A DNA stretch of 64,000 nt, from assembly GCA_050287085.1 (NCBI GenBank), contig JBNKBE010000018.1, forward strand, positions 1-64,000, given 5' to 3'. Made by a program: the position numbers and the translations under genes. Shown here one piece after another: positions 1-9,256 of the stretch (positions are counted from its first letter, which is position 1; every line of letters starts with the position of its first letter). The notes under the pieces are model-generated. The model was given only the letters and a program-made list of their open reading frames with translations. It was not told the origin of the DNA and did not search any database. This DNA is from Polyangiaceae bacterium (lineage in GTDB: Bacteria; Myxococcota_A; Polyangia; Polyangiales; Polyangiaceae).

Positions 1-73
1 ACCCGTGCCGCGGTGATTTCTATCCATCCCGAGGCTACAATCCAAGGGGTCTCGTAGGTTTTTCTACGGCCTC
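1..73. mobile_element. Probable terminal inverted repeat and end of an insertion sequence (IS1182/IS5-like), running off the window edge
   Basis: GGTTTTTCTACGGCCTC at 57-73 (GAGGCCGTAGAAAAACC on the minus strand) resembles GAGGCYGTNGAAAAA-type IS termini. It sits exactly where the adjacent kinase ORF loses HisKA-like sequence. No transposase is visible in the window. Confidence 0.55.
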
Positions 74-958
74 AACGTATTGGTTTGCAGCAATCGCTTG
101 CAGAAGGTTGTTAAAATCGTGAACGATACTCGGAGCCAGTCGACTCATCGTGTCCAGACGCTGGGCGTGGTCCAACTGTTGTTGCAGCATCGTCGCCTCC
201 GACAGATCCCGAATCACGGCCACGACGCGCAGACCATCGCTCTCCACAAACCAAGAAAACTGTACCTCGGTCGGGAATGGAGCACCGTCGCGATGCGTCG
301 CCTCGACCTGCAGACGCAAGACTCTGCCTTGGGCTTGAGCCGGCTGCCGAGCGGCGACGCCGAGCGCTTCACCGATCGCATCGTCGTTGAACAAGTGCGG
401 GAAGGGAACGACTCTAGCTTCTGCTTCCGAGAGGCCAAACATCGCGCTCGCTTTCGGATTGAAGACCAGAATGCGCCCATCGGCCTCCAACATGACGATC
501 CCGTCACCGCTGTGATTGAGCACCTGGGCGTGTCTCGCCTCAACCCGCTGGCGAACCCGCTGCTCCTCCGCATGGGCACGCATGGTCTCGACCGCATGCA
601 TTGCCAGCTCAAGCGTGATGTCGAACATGACGCCGTCGTAGGGTTTGACCAGGTACCCCAGCGGCTGGGCCGCCTTGCAAAGCTCGATGGTGTCGCGATC
701 GGTCAGTGCCGTGGCGAATACCGAACGGATCCCAAAACGCTCGAGAATGATACGCGACGCTTCTGGACCTTTCATGGTTCCCAACAAGGTGACGTCCATG
801 AGCACCAGGTCCGGAGGCTCGTGTCCGACTCGAACCACCGCCTCCTCGCCGGAGACCAAGGGCCCGAGCGGCAACCAGCCCATCGCTTCGATTCGTCGCC
901 GCGCAGCGCGAGCCGCCAGCGGGTCATCTTCAACAATCAAGACCTTCGGCGAACTCAT
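35..958 (-). pseudogene. Truncated hybrid sensor kinase: receiver + PAS + start of HisKA, no HATPase domain
   Basis: Receiver motifs KVLIVEDD, DLVLMDV and GYLVKPY; PAS segment (DGIVMLEADGRILVFNPKASAMFG...HRDGAPFP); H-box HDFNNLL followed about 20 aa later by a stop. The last 12 residues derive from the putative IS end. ATG at 958 has a GGGGAG SD. Confidence 0.75.
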
Positions 959-1264
959 CGCTCGGTCGCTCTCCCCCAAACGATTCTCGTTTGTTGCAAA
1001 CCAGGACGATGGCTAGAACCCTGCGCTTTCATTGTGCCCGGTCACTTCTACGAAAGACACCCATCCCACAGACCCACCGACCCACGCGCCCGGTGCCGAA
1101 GACGCGACAACACGCGGGTGTCTCCGACGACCAGAACTCGCACGCGCGTTCTCCCCGTTGTTTCGCGTTCGGACATGCGCGACGCAGAGATAGCACAATG
1201 ATGGCCACTCTGGCACCCTGTTCGATGCCTGACGCACTAGGCCTGTCCCCCGGGACGACCCACC

Positions 1265-3523
1265 TCAGTAGTCCCCTGGATGGGGCGCCACCGGCGATGG
1301 TAACGCAAGCACGAGCTCAGCAACGGCTCGCTCACCGCCATCCACGTAGGAGTAACGGGCCCAGTTGCCGACCACCCTCGAGACATAGTGGCGTGTTTCT
1401 CGATACGGGATGTGTGCCACGAAGACGTCCAGGGGCAGCTCTCCAGCGGCTCGCAGCCACCGTTTTGCCGCCGTAGGCCCTGCATTGTACGCGGCCGCCG
1501 CCAGGGCCAGGTTGCGCTCGAAAGCAGCCAGCAACTTGGCGAGGTAGAAGGCCGAGTAGCGCACGTTCACGCCAGGTGAGCTGAGCTGGTCTCGGCTCGG
1601 CGCCGGCTCTCCGAGCTCAGAGGCGATATGGGCCGCCGTCGCGGGCATGATCTGCATCAGCCCCGTGGCCCCGACGGGCGAGCGAGCTCCGGGCGCAAAC
1701 CCGCTTTCCTGACGCATGAACGCGTAGAGAACGTTCTCAGGCAAACCATAACGTTCCTCGCTTGTGCGCACGAGTGGCAAATAGGGTTCCGGATAAACAC
1801 ACTCCCAAAGCCAACGCGTGTCCGGTGCTATGGGACGAAATAAGACCCGCTCGCGGACCACCCGCTGCGCGAAGCGATAACGAGCCCGCGCTGGGATGAG
1901 CGCGCCATACGCGCTGCACAGCGCCTCGGCGCCGCGCGGCTCATGCTGCGCGCGGAGCGCGCTCTCCATTTCCTGGAGGGCCCGCTCCGCGTCCCGATGC
2001 AGCCCCACCGAGCGGAGCTGCTCAACCCGTTGAGGCAAGCGTAGCTGGAGTGGCTCCGCTACTGACTGGGCTGGCTCGGGAGACCTTTCACCCTCAATCG
2101 GGAATAGCCGACGGGTCGGCACTCCCATCTCGCGGAGGCGGGCCTGCGCGACCAGCGCCGCAAAAGACAACGGACGCGTCGCCACCACGGACTCGAAGGC
2201 GTCCCGGGCCGCATCGCGTCGCCCGGCCTGAAGCAAGGCAACCCCTTCAAGCTCGCGCACTAGGTTCCGAAGCCGCGGACTGCGCATCTTCAGGCCCAAT
2301 ACTCCAGCCTCATTCAGCGCTTCAGCCCCTTTTCCCGCTGCAATCAACGCCACGGCGCGCTCGTAAACGACGTCCCGACTATGGCGCCCTTTTTGTTCGC
2401 CATGAATGCGCAAATAGGCATCGTATCCCTTTACGGCGTCGCTCCACGCGCCCGCGATATAGTGCAGTCGCGCACTCAGATATCGCGCCTGCTCCGCAAA
2501 TCCGCTTCGCGGATACCGCGCTATCAGCTCGTGATACAGTCGCTGGGCAGCGTCGTCGCGCTGCGCCCGCGACAGAGCCCGTGCGGCGTAGAACGTATCC
2601 TGAGCGCGGTGCTTCGGCGAAGCTTGTCCCGCCTGCTGAAATAGCTCCGCAGCTCGGCCGTAATCGCTCTTCGAGTTGTAGTAGGCCCAGGCGCGAGCGC
2701 GAGCGAGTTCGGAGGAATGGGGAGATGGCCCAAGCGCCGCCGGCAGCATATCCAAGAGCTGTAGCGCCTGGCGCGGTGCGACAGAAACACAGCGCTCAGC
2801 GCGCGCGAACAGTTCTCGCCGCGTCGGAAGCGCGCTCAGCCGCTTCAATGCCGAGGCCCAATCGACGCTATCCCCCTCGCACCCCGCGGCGAGCAACAAT
2901 TCCCGCAGCGCGCTAGCGGCAGCGCGACGTTGCCCTACGCCTTCGAGCAAACGCGCTTCGAGCGGCGCCAGCACCCGGCGCGCCTCGCGGGGCCGTGAGC
3001 GACGCCAGTCAGCCTGGACCGCGCGTACAAAGGCCAGGGCGTCGGCAAGCTTGCCCGCCTGTTCCAAGCGCTGAACGTGCGCAACGATAGCGCTCTCGGA
3101 CGAGCGACTGTCGGGGACGGCGTCACCCGTGGACGGCGCAGCTCTCTGCATCTCCAGACGCTCCGCACTAAGCTCTGGCAGACGGTCTCCAAGTTGCTCG
3201 AGAAGCGCCGAAGCGCGTGGCCAATCGCCTAGGTGGTAGGCAAAACGTGCACGCGCGAAGAGCAAGAGCGGATCGCTTGGAGCCCGGTGCGCCTTGTCAA
3301 AGGCGCCGGCCGCTTCCTCCCATTGCTCGAGCCGGGCAAAAGTCCGAAAGTCAGCGCCCATCGTGCCTGGCTCGACCTTCGGGGCCGCCTCCGCGGCCTT
3401 TCTCCCAGAGTCATTCGCTGCGTCGCCGCGGTTATGCGGAGGAGCTGGCGTCGACGAACGACAACTCGCCAACGCGCACACGCACCCCAAAGCCGCAGCA
3501 GCTACCCACCGGCTCCCTACCAA
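1265..3523 (-). CDS. Soluble lytic murein transglycosylase (Slt70-like) lipoprotein with TPR repeats
   Basis: Lipobox-like ALASC, TPR-like helices, and C-terminal SLT motifs RQESGF, GATGLMQIMP, AAYNAGP and ETRHYV. Confidence 0.9.
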   Translation of the reverse strand: MVGSRWVAAAALGCVCALASCRSSTPAPPHNRGDAANDSGRKAAEAAPKVEPGTMGADFRTFARLEQWEEAAGAFDKAHRAPSDPLLLFARARFAYHLGDWPRASALLEQLGDRLPELSAERLEMQRAAPSTGDAVPDSRSSESAIVAHVQRLEQAGKLADALAFVRAVQADWRRSRPREARRVLAPLEARLLEGVGQRRAAASALRELLLAAGCEGDSVDWASALKRLSALPTRRELFARAERCVSVAPRQALQLLDMLPAALGPSPHSSELARARAWAYYNSKSDYGRAAELFQQAGQASPKHRAQDTFYAARALSRAQRDDAAQRLYHELIARYPRSGFAEQARYLSARLHYIAGAWSDAVKGYDAYLRIHGEQKGRHSRDVVYERAVALIAAGKGAEALNEAGVLGLKMRSPRLRNLVRELEGVALLQAGRRDAARDAFESVVATRPLSFAALVAQARLREMGVPTRRLFPIEGERSPEPAQSVAEPLQLRLPQRVEQLRSVGLHRDAERALQEMESALRAQHEPRGAEALCSAYGALIPARARYRFAQRVVRERVLFRPIAPDTRWLWECVYPEPYLPLVRTSEERYGLPENVLYAFMRQESGFAPGARSPVGATGLMQIMPATAAHIASELGEPAPSRDQLSSPGVNVRYSAFYLAKLLAAFERNLALAAAAYNAGPTAAKRWLRAAGELPLDVFVAHIPYRETRHYVSRVVGNWARYSYVDGGERAVAELVLALPSPVAPHPGDY

Positions 3524-3526
3524 AGC

Positions 3527-4015
3527 CTAATGCCCCCAGCTGTATTCGAGCCCCATGACCCCCCCCTGCACGGGAGCCGTTCCCCGCCCCAAAGGCGCAA
3601 CGCTCACGAAGCCGCGTCCCACGATGGACCAGTGCCGAGACAACAGGTAGTTGGCTCCGAGCTCAAAACGAATCGCCACGTGCCCTCGCTGTGCAGCGGG
3701 ATGGTCATAGCCTACGAGCACCCCAGCCAAGGGCACGATTCGTAGCACATCCAAACGTCCGCTAACGCCCGCCCAGGCGGAATAGGCGCTTTGGCCCGCC
3801 CCCAACCCCCGCCCTTCCAGAACCCACAGCTCGTCCAGCTGCAGGCCGATCTGAGCTCCCACGCGCGGCCTCATTTCCGCCCCTGAGGCAACCTCGGCCA
3901 GCGCTGCACCGATCACCCGGCCGGGTTCCGCACGTGCAGCGGAGAGTCCCTGAGGCGCCCAAGACGCGGCCGCGAACAGGGCAAAAATCGAAGTAAAGTA
4001 GAGTACTTGCTTCAT
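3527..4015 (-). CDS. Hypothetical secreted protein, possible small outer-membrane beta-barrel
   Basis: Signal-peptide-like N-terminus (MKQVLYFTSIFALFAAA), alternating amphipathic strands (FELGANYLLSRHWSI), C-terminal GLEYSW. Ends 3 bp before the slt start. Start codon uncertain. Confidence 0.6.
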   Translation of the reverse strand: MKQVLYFTSIFALFAAASWAPQGLSAARAEPGRVIGAALAEVASGAEMRPRVGAQIGLQLDELWVLEGRGLGAGQSAYSAWAGVSGRLDVLRIVPLAGVLVGYDHPAAQRGHVAIRFELGANYLLSRHWSIVGRGFVSVAPLGRGTAPVQGGVMGLEYSWGH

Positions 4016-4285
4016 AGTATAGCGGCACTTTGTGGGCCCCATCAGGCGCGGGCGCCCGCGTTCCCAAGCCTGCGTTCCCGGGACCGAGCTGACGCCAACG
4101 GACCTAGCCGATCAACAGCCAGAGACCTGGTGGGCCCCCAGACACGTCGTACACTGAGGGTAATCTGAACGCTATTGTCGGCGGGTCTTTTGTGGTTATA
4201 TGCAAGCAGAGGCGTGGGGGCCGTCCGGCAGCACGGGCGGCTGGCTGCCGCGCAGCCATTGAGATGATCTGGCAGGGGCGATGTA

Positions 4286-4339
4286 GGTAGTAGCAGCGGT
4301 GTCGGTAGTAGCAGCGGTGCAGGTAGCGGCAGCGTTTCT
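4286..4339. repeat. Intergenic tandem repeat, 18-bp unit x3 (third copy degenerate)
   Basis: GGTAGTAGCAGCGGTGTC / GGTAGTAGCAGCGGTGCA / GGTAGCGGCAGCGTTTCT. Confidence 0.85.
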
Positions 4340-4361
4340 TGCGAGTGAGTTGGTGACATGG

Positions 4362-4385
4362 GGCGGGACGGCGGGACGGCGGGAC
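4362..4385. repeat. Tandem repeat GGCGGGAC x3
   Basis: Three exact 8-bp copies just upstream of the SD of the 4413 gene. Confidence 0.85.
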
Positions 4386-4412
4386 GGAGTATCTGACTTC
4401 GGAGGTGGGAAA

Positions 4413-4955
4413 ATGATGGGCAGAGCCCGGGTGGTATTGCACTCCAGCAAATACTGGAATCTTGAGCACCAGATTACATCTAACGTACTCGTACTGATGC
4501 GGACGAACGAGGCCATTGATATAATGGACGACTTCATCCACGAAACCGGTGACGTAGTAACTCTGATGCGGGAGAATCAGGACGTGCGTGGTCTCGTGGT
4601 CAACATGCGAGCCGCACGCTCCCGCAACGACAGCGACTACGAAAGCGCAACCGCAGAACTACGAGAGGTCACCTACTGCGGCTTCAAACGCGTTGCACTG
4701 GTGTTGGCAAGTGCCGCCGTCGCGCTTCAGCAGAGCCGGCTGGGCGGCAACAACAACGGTATCCCGTTGCTCATGACAAGCGACATGGAAAGCGCGCTGA
4801 CGTTTGCATCGGTGCGCAGTCCCATCTTGCCGCCGCGCGTGGACAGTGAACCCATGGAGGCACGTCTAAGCCAGTTGCGCGCCTCAAAGCATCACGCCGG
4901 CCTTGCTCCGGGCCTGCAAGACCTGATGCGCTCCGTAGCCGCCGATAAGCGTTGA
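4413..4955 (+). CDS. Hypothetical protein, STAS/SpoIIAA-like alpha/beta fold
   Basis: GGAGG SD at 4401-4405. The pattern LVVNMRAARSRND...FKRVALVLASA resembles myxobacterial STAS/SEC14-like proteins. Confidence 0.6.
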   Translation: MMGRARVVLHSSKYWNLEHQITSNVLVLMRTNEAIDIMDDFIHETGDVVTLMRENQDVRGLVVNMRAARSRNDSDYESATAELREVTYCGFKRVALVLASAAVALQQSRLGGNNNGIPLLMTSDMESALTFASVRSPILPPRVDSEPMEARLSQLRASKHHAGLAPGLQDLMRSVAADKR

Positions 4956-5010
4956 TACCAGGCGCCAGAGGCGGGGCACTACAATTCTCCCCGCCGCGAG
5001 ACCGCTCGAG

Positions 5011-7251
5011 CTACAACATGCTCACGGGGTCCATGTCCAAGCTGAGGCGCACGCGTCGATCTTGAGTCAGCGCGAGCACCGCCTTTGCGGCCTCGTAGAG
5101 AGGTGCACGTGCCTTTGCTCGAACCATCACTCGGTAGCGATAGCGATTCCTCAGACGTTCGATCGGGGCCGGGGCGGGGCCCAGCACCATGGCTGCACGG
5201 CCCACCCGCTTGAGCACGACATCAGCCACCTGCCGGGCTGCGTTTCGAACTGCGTTCTCGTCGAGGGCCGACAGACGGATCAGAAGCAATCGAGCAAACG
5301 GCGGATAGAACGCCTCCCGTCGTTCCGCTAGCTCCTGGGCTACAAACGAAGCGGTGTCGTGCCCCAAGGCGAAACGAACGGCCGCATGCTCAGGCTGGCG
5401 AGTCTGAACGATCACATGCCCATAGGCGTCCGCCCTCCCGGCGCGCCCCGCAACCTGCACCAACAATTGGAATGTGCGTTCGGAAGCCTGGTAGTCGGGC
5501 ATCGAAAGGCCCGCGTCCGCATTCAACACCCCCACCAGCGCGACATTGGGTAGGTCATGTCCCTTGGTGACCATTTGAGTCCCCACCAAGATATCGATCT
5601 CGCCCGCCCGCATCCGCGCAAGAATGCTTTCGCTCTTCAGTCCCTCGCCCACGTCGCGATCCAAGCGTGCCACGCGAGCTGAGGGGAAAGCCTCCCCGAT
5701 CACCGCCTCGATCCGTTCTGTACCAGCCCCCTCCTGACTGAGGCGCCGCGCGCTGCACTTCGAGCAGGTATCTGGCACACGCGCATCGTAGTCACAGTAG
5801 TGGCAGCGTAGCTGCTCACCACGATGCCGATGCACCGTGAGCGCCACGGCACAGTTAGGACACTCCACGATCTGACCACAGGCGCCGCACACCAAGCTGG
5901 GTGCGAAACCACGACGATTGAGAAAAAGGATAGCCTGTTTACCTCGCTCCAGCACCTGCTCTATCGCACGATGCAAAGGAAGGCTGATCAGGCGATGCCC
6001 ACTAGGACCCGCTCCGACCTGGCGCAAGTTGACAACCTCCACGCGTGGCAGGGTCGCCTGCGCTGCAGCGCGCTCTGGAAGGCGCAGACGCACCAGCTTA
6101 CCCCGCCGCACCAGCGCCTCGCTCGCAAGCGAAGGCGTAGCAGAGCCCAAAACCACCGTCGCCCCGGCGCGATGTCCGCGCAGCAGCGCCATGTCGCGAG
6201 CATGGTAGCGGACGCCCTCCTCCTGCTTGTAGCTGCCGTCGTGTTCCTCATCGACGCAGATGAGGCGGAGGTCCTCCAGCGGAGCAAAAAGCGCCGAACG
6301 CGCGCCCACCGCAACACGCAACTCCCCAGAGCGCAAGCGTCGCCACATCTGATGACGAGCTCCGTCCGTAAGCCCACTGTGCAGGACCGCGATGCGATCA
6401 CCAAAGCGAGCCCGAAAACGGCCCACTAGTTGCGGTGTCAGCGCGATCTCGGGCACCAGAACCAACGCCCCCCCGCCCTGCTGCAGACAAGCGCTCACCG
6501 CATGCAGGTACACCTCCGTCTTGCCCGAGCCCGTGATACCGTCCAACAAGAAGGCGCCGGTCTTCTCTTCAATGGCGGCGGCAATAGCGCCTACGGCCGC
6601 GCTCTGAGCTTCGTTCAATACCGGTGGCTCATCTCTTTGGACCGGCGCATCCACGAATGGATCGGGCGCCGAAGACGCCTTGCTGAAGAGCTCGACCAAA
6701 GCGAGGGCCTCGAGGCGCCGCACCACCGCGCGGGCATTCGGAAAGCGCCGGCTCAGCTCTGCCACGGCCTGCTCCTCTCCAGCCAGGGCCTCGTAGATCC
6801 CCAGAGCCTGCCCCCGAAGCGGCGTCTCGGGCGCGTTCCCAGTCCGACGAACGAACTGCAACACGCGCCCCACCGTGCCCACTTTGGCGGCGCGGAGCAA
6901 CTCCGATACGCCTCCGTCCACGGCCTGAACGCGCTCTACCGCCGGCAAAGCCAGGCGCATGACTTCGCCAATTGGGGCGATGTAGTACCCCGCAAGATCG
7001 ACGAGAAAGCGCAGCAGCTCCTGGGGCAAAGCAGGTTCATCGCCCACGATGCCCAAGATCGGCTTGACCCGGTCTTGAGGCAGGTCTGGGGGCAAGGTCT
7101 CGATGTGGCCAAGCACCACACCCAATACCTTGCGGCGTCCAAACTCAACCAATGCGCGCGCGCCGGGCACGGCCAGCGGCCCATGGCGTTCGTCCACCGA
7201 ATAGGTAAACGCCTTGCCGAGCGGTACGGGGACGGCGACTTGGACGAACAC
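5011..7251 (-). CDS. priA: Primosomal protein N' (replication restart helicase)
   Basis: Walker A GITGSGKTEVY, DEEHD, GSATPS, two Cys clusters (CGAC..CPNC, CHYC..CSKC), QVAGRAGR, GPAPAPI. Confidence 0.97.
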   Translation of the reverse strand: MFVQVAVPVPLGKAFTYSVDERHGPLAVPGARALVEFGRRKVLGVVLGHIETLPPDLPQDRVKPILGIVGDEPALPQELLRFLVDLAGYYIAPIGEVMRLALPAVERVQAVDGGVSELLRAAKVGTVGRVLQFVRRTGNAPETPLRGQALGIYEALAGEEQAVAELSRRFPNARAVVRRLEALALVELFSKASSAPDPFVDAPVQRDEPPVLNEAQSAAVGAIAAAIEEKTGAFLLDGITGSGKTEVYLHAVSACLQQGGGALVLVPEIALTPQLVGRFRARFGDRIAVLHSGLTDGARHQMWRRLRSGELRVAVGARSALFAPLEDLRLICVDEEHDGSYKQEEGVRYHARDMALLRGHRAGATVVLGSATPSLASEALVRRGKLVRLRLPERAAAQATLPRVEVVNLRQVGAGPSGHRLISLPLHRAIEQVLERGKQAILFLNRRGFAPSLVCGACGQIVECPNCAVALTVHRHRGEQLRCHYCDYDARVPDTCSKCSARRLSQEGAGTERIEAVIGEAFPSARVARLDRDVGEGLKSESILARMRAGEIDILVGTQMVTKGHDLPNVALVGVLNADAGLSMPDYQASERTFQLLVQVAGRAGRADAYGHVIVQTRQPEHAAVRFALGHDTASFVAQELAERREAFYPPFARLLLIRLSALDENAVRNAARQVADVVLKRVGRAAMVLGPAPAPIERLRNRYRYRVMVRAKARAPLYEAAKAVLALTQDRRVRLSLDMDPVSML

Positions 7252-7435
7252 GGAAGCACTGTAATACACCCCAGGCGCAAACGCCTCCTGGAGGGGCCAA
7301 TCGCGGGTCGCTCTGCGTCCGTCGCCCGCACGCCCTCCCTCACTTCCGGCGGGCCGTATCGAGATGTGCCCTCCGACCTGGGCCCAGCCTGTGTCTTTCC
7401 GCTCGAAGGCGCGGCGGACACGCTAGAACCCGGCC

Positions 7436-7768
7436 ATGTCGGGCTGGTTTTCGTGGGTGCTGACAGCGGCTGCCCTGGTGGGCTTGGTGCTCGCAGCCCA
7501 CCGTCATACCGAGCTGTTCGTGTTGCGCGCCAAGGACGGAAAGACCACCTTCGTGCGCGGTCGCATCCCACCGCGCTTGCTCCGAGAGATGCAAGACGTG
7601 TTGCACCGTGCGCACGCCTCGGGCCGCGTGGTCGCGCGCGTCGTCCGAGGCGAAGCAGAGCTGGCCACTCATGGGAGTATTTCCGAGCCCACCGCCCAGC
7701 AGCTCCGCAACGTGATGGGGCAGTTCCCATTGGCACGCATTCGCAGTGGGCGTCGCGCCAGACGATAG
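7436..7768 (+). CDS. Small membrane-anchored protein, DUF3634-like
   Basis: N-terminal TM, then LFVLRAKDG..VRGRIPPRLLRE...QQLRNV, the pattern of DUF3634 proteins. Confidence 0.7.
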   Translation: MSGWFSWVLTAAALVGLVLAAHRHTELFVLRAKDGKTTFVRGRIPPRLLREMQDVLHRAHASGRVVARVVRGEAELATHGSISEPTAQQLRNVMGQFPLARIRSGRRARR

Positions 7769-7833
7769 CGAGCGCGCCGCGCGGCGCAATCTCGTGTTCC
7801 ATTGCGCGCCGCTGGCACGTTAGAGTGCGTGCG

Positions 7834-8223
7834 ATGTCCCCGCTCGCCCAATACCTCGTGCAGGCAAGCCTGGCCGTGGTGGGCATCGCAATCTTGAGTG
7901 GGCTCATCTTGTACGTCGGTCGACGGACGGGCGTCTATCCCGCACAGGGTCCGCTTCGCTTGCTAGCGCGGCTACCTCTCGACAGCCGGCGCACGATCTA
8001 CCTGGTGCAGGCAGGGGAGCGTACGCTGGTGCTTGGCGGTAGCGAGGCGGGACTGCATAAGCTGGTGGAACTGAATGAAACGCTCAGCCCTGAGCTACCA
8101 ACGAGCTCGTTCAAAGATCTGCTAGGTACGTTCGCCACCTCGCGAGCCGCTACCAAGCAGTCGAGTGACAAGGCGTCAGTCCCTTCGAGCGTCGATCCCT
8201 CCGCCGCCCGAGACGAGCCATGA
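7834..8223 (+). CDS. FliO-like protein
   Basis: Single TM followed by LRLLARLPLDSRRTIYLVQAGERTLVLGGSEAG (FliO beta-domain pattern). ATGA overlap with the fliP-like gene. Confidence 0.75.
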   Translation: MSPLAQYLVQASLAVVGIAILSGLILYVGRRTGVYPAQGPLRLLARLPLDSRRTIYLVQAGERTLVLGGSEAGLHKLVELNETLSPELPTSSFKDLLGTFATSRAATKQSSDKASVPSSVDPSAARDEP

Positions 8224-8870
8224 ATGCGGAGCTGCTCAACCAACCGTTGCCCGCCGTCACGCTACTGGCGCTATTGGGCTTGCTTCCTTTTGCCTTCATG
8301 TCGCTAACGGCGTTTGTAAAGATATCGACCGTTCTTCAGATCGCCAAGAGTGCAATTGGCGCGCAAAGCGTGCCCTCCACCACGATAGTAATGGCATTGA
8401 GCGCAACCCTCACGGTGCTCGCCATGGCCCCAGTATTGGACCAAATCGGGACCAACCTCGAAGGGCTCCTCGAGGCAAGACAACCGACCACTGAAATGGC
8501 CCTCGACATGTTGTCGTCGATCCGGGAGCCACTGCGCGAATTTCTGCAGCACAACGCGGCCCCCGACGAACGTCTGCGCTTCCTGGAGCTCGCCCGCGTG
8601 GGGAATTCAGCCATCGTCGGCGAGGCCGACTTCCGAGTCCTCATTCCGGCCTTCATGGTCTCCGAGCTATACGAAGCTTTTGCCCTCGGCTTTGCGCTCT
8701 TCCTTCCGTTTCTGGTGGTCGATCTCGTTGTGGGCAATGTCCTGCTTGCGCTCGGCATGCAGATGATGAACCCCACTCAGGTGAGTCTGCCGTTCAAGCT
8801 TCTTCTCTTCGTCGCCGCTGATGGTTGGGGTCTGCTAGCGACGAGCCTGGTGAGCAGCTACGGCTATTGA
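8220..8870 (+). CDS. Type III export gate subunit FliP/SctR(YscR) family
   Basis: LTAFVKISTVL, ALGAQ-like AIGAQSVP, LIPAFMVSELYEAF, FLPFLVVDLVV, GMQMMNPTQVSLPFKLLLFVAADGW. Confidence 0.92.
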   Translation: MNAELLNQPLPAVTLLALLGLLPFAFMSLTAFVKISTVLQIAKSAIGAQSVPSTTIVMALSATLTVLAMAPVLDQIGTNLEGLLEARQPTTEMALDMLSSIREPLREFLQHNAAPDERLRFLELARVGNSAIVGEADFRVLIPAFMVSELYEAFALGFALFLPFLVVDLVVGNVLLALGMQMMNPTQVSLPFKLLLFVAADGWGLLATSLVSSYGY

Positions 8871-9047
8871 CCGGAGTCCGGGCCGGCCGGCTCCAGCCCC
8901 GCCGTTGCCCCGCAAACTTTCACAAATGAACCGAATCCCGGCCCGCCGGCTACGCGCCGAAGGCCTCCAGGGAATACTCCCGGCACAGAACGGTTTCGGA
9001 CGGGTCGAGGACACCCCGATGCGCGAACGCAGTTCACTCGACCAAAG

Positions 9048-9075
9048 TTGACAGTCCTGGGACCGCCAGTAGGAT
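9048..9075 (+). promoter_or_regulatory. Putative sigma70-type promoter of the ABC operon
   Basis: TTGACA (9048-9053), 16-nt spacer, TAGGAT (9070-9075). AGGAGG SD before the GTG at 9257. Confidence 0.55.
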
Positions 9076-9256
9076 GCCGCGGCCGCGCTAGGGCGGCGCG
9101 ACTTCGAGGTACCGCCCCACGGCGGTCAGGGTCGAGCGCTGGACGATGACGCATTCACCGATGCGCCGTCTTCAATGCTTCCACCCAGTTGGCCCGCCGA
9201 GCCCATCGAGCGAAACCAATGCAGTCTAACAGCCCCACACAAACAGGAGGATCGCC

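Noticed and set aside
80..1201. 373-aa plus-strand ORF
   Set aside because: Antisense shadow of the receiver-PAS gene, with no recognisable motifs
2050..2916. 288-aa Arg/Pro-rich plus-strand ORF
   Set aside because: Antisense to slt; composition typical of GC-rich off-frames
7812..7828. TGGCACG...TGC sigma54-like motif upstream of the fliO-like gene
   Set aside because: GG-to-GC spacing is 11 nt, not the strict 10
6430..7833. N-terminal 468 codons of the 597-aa ORF 6430..8223
   Set aside because: Overlaps priA (antisense) and the DUF3634-like gene; only the part from ATG 7834 looks like a real protein
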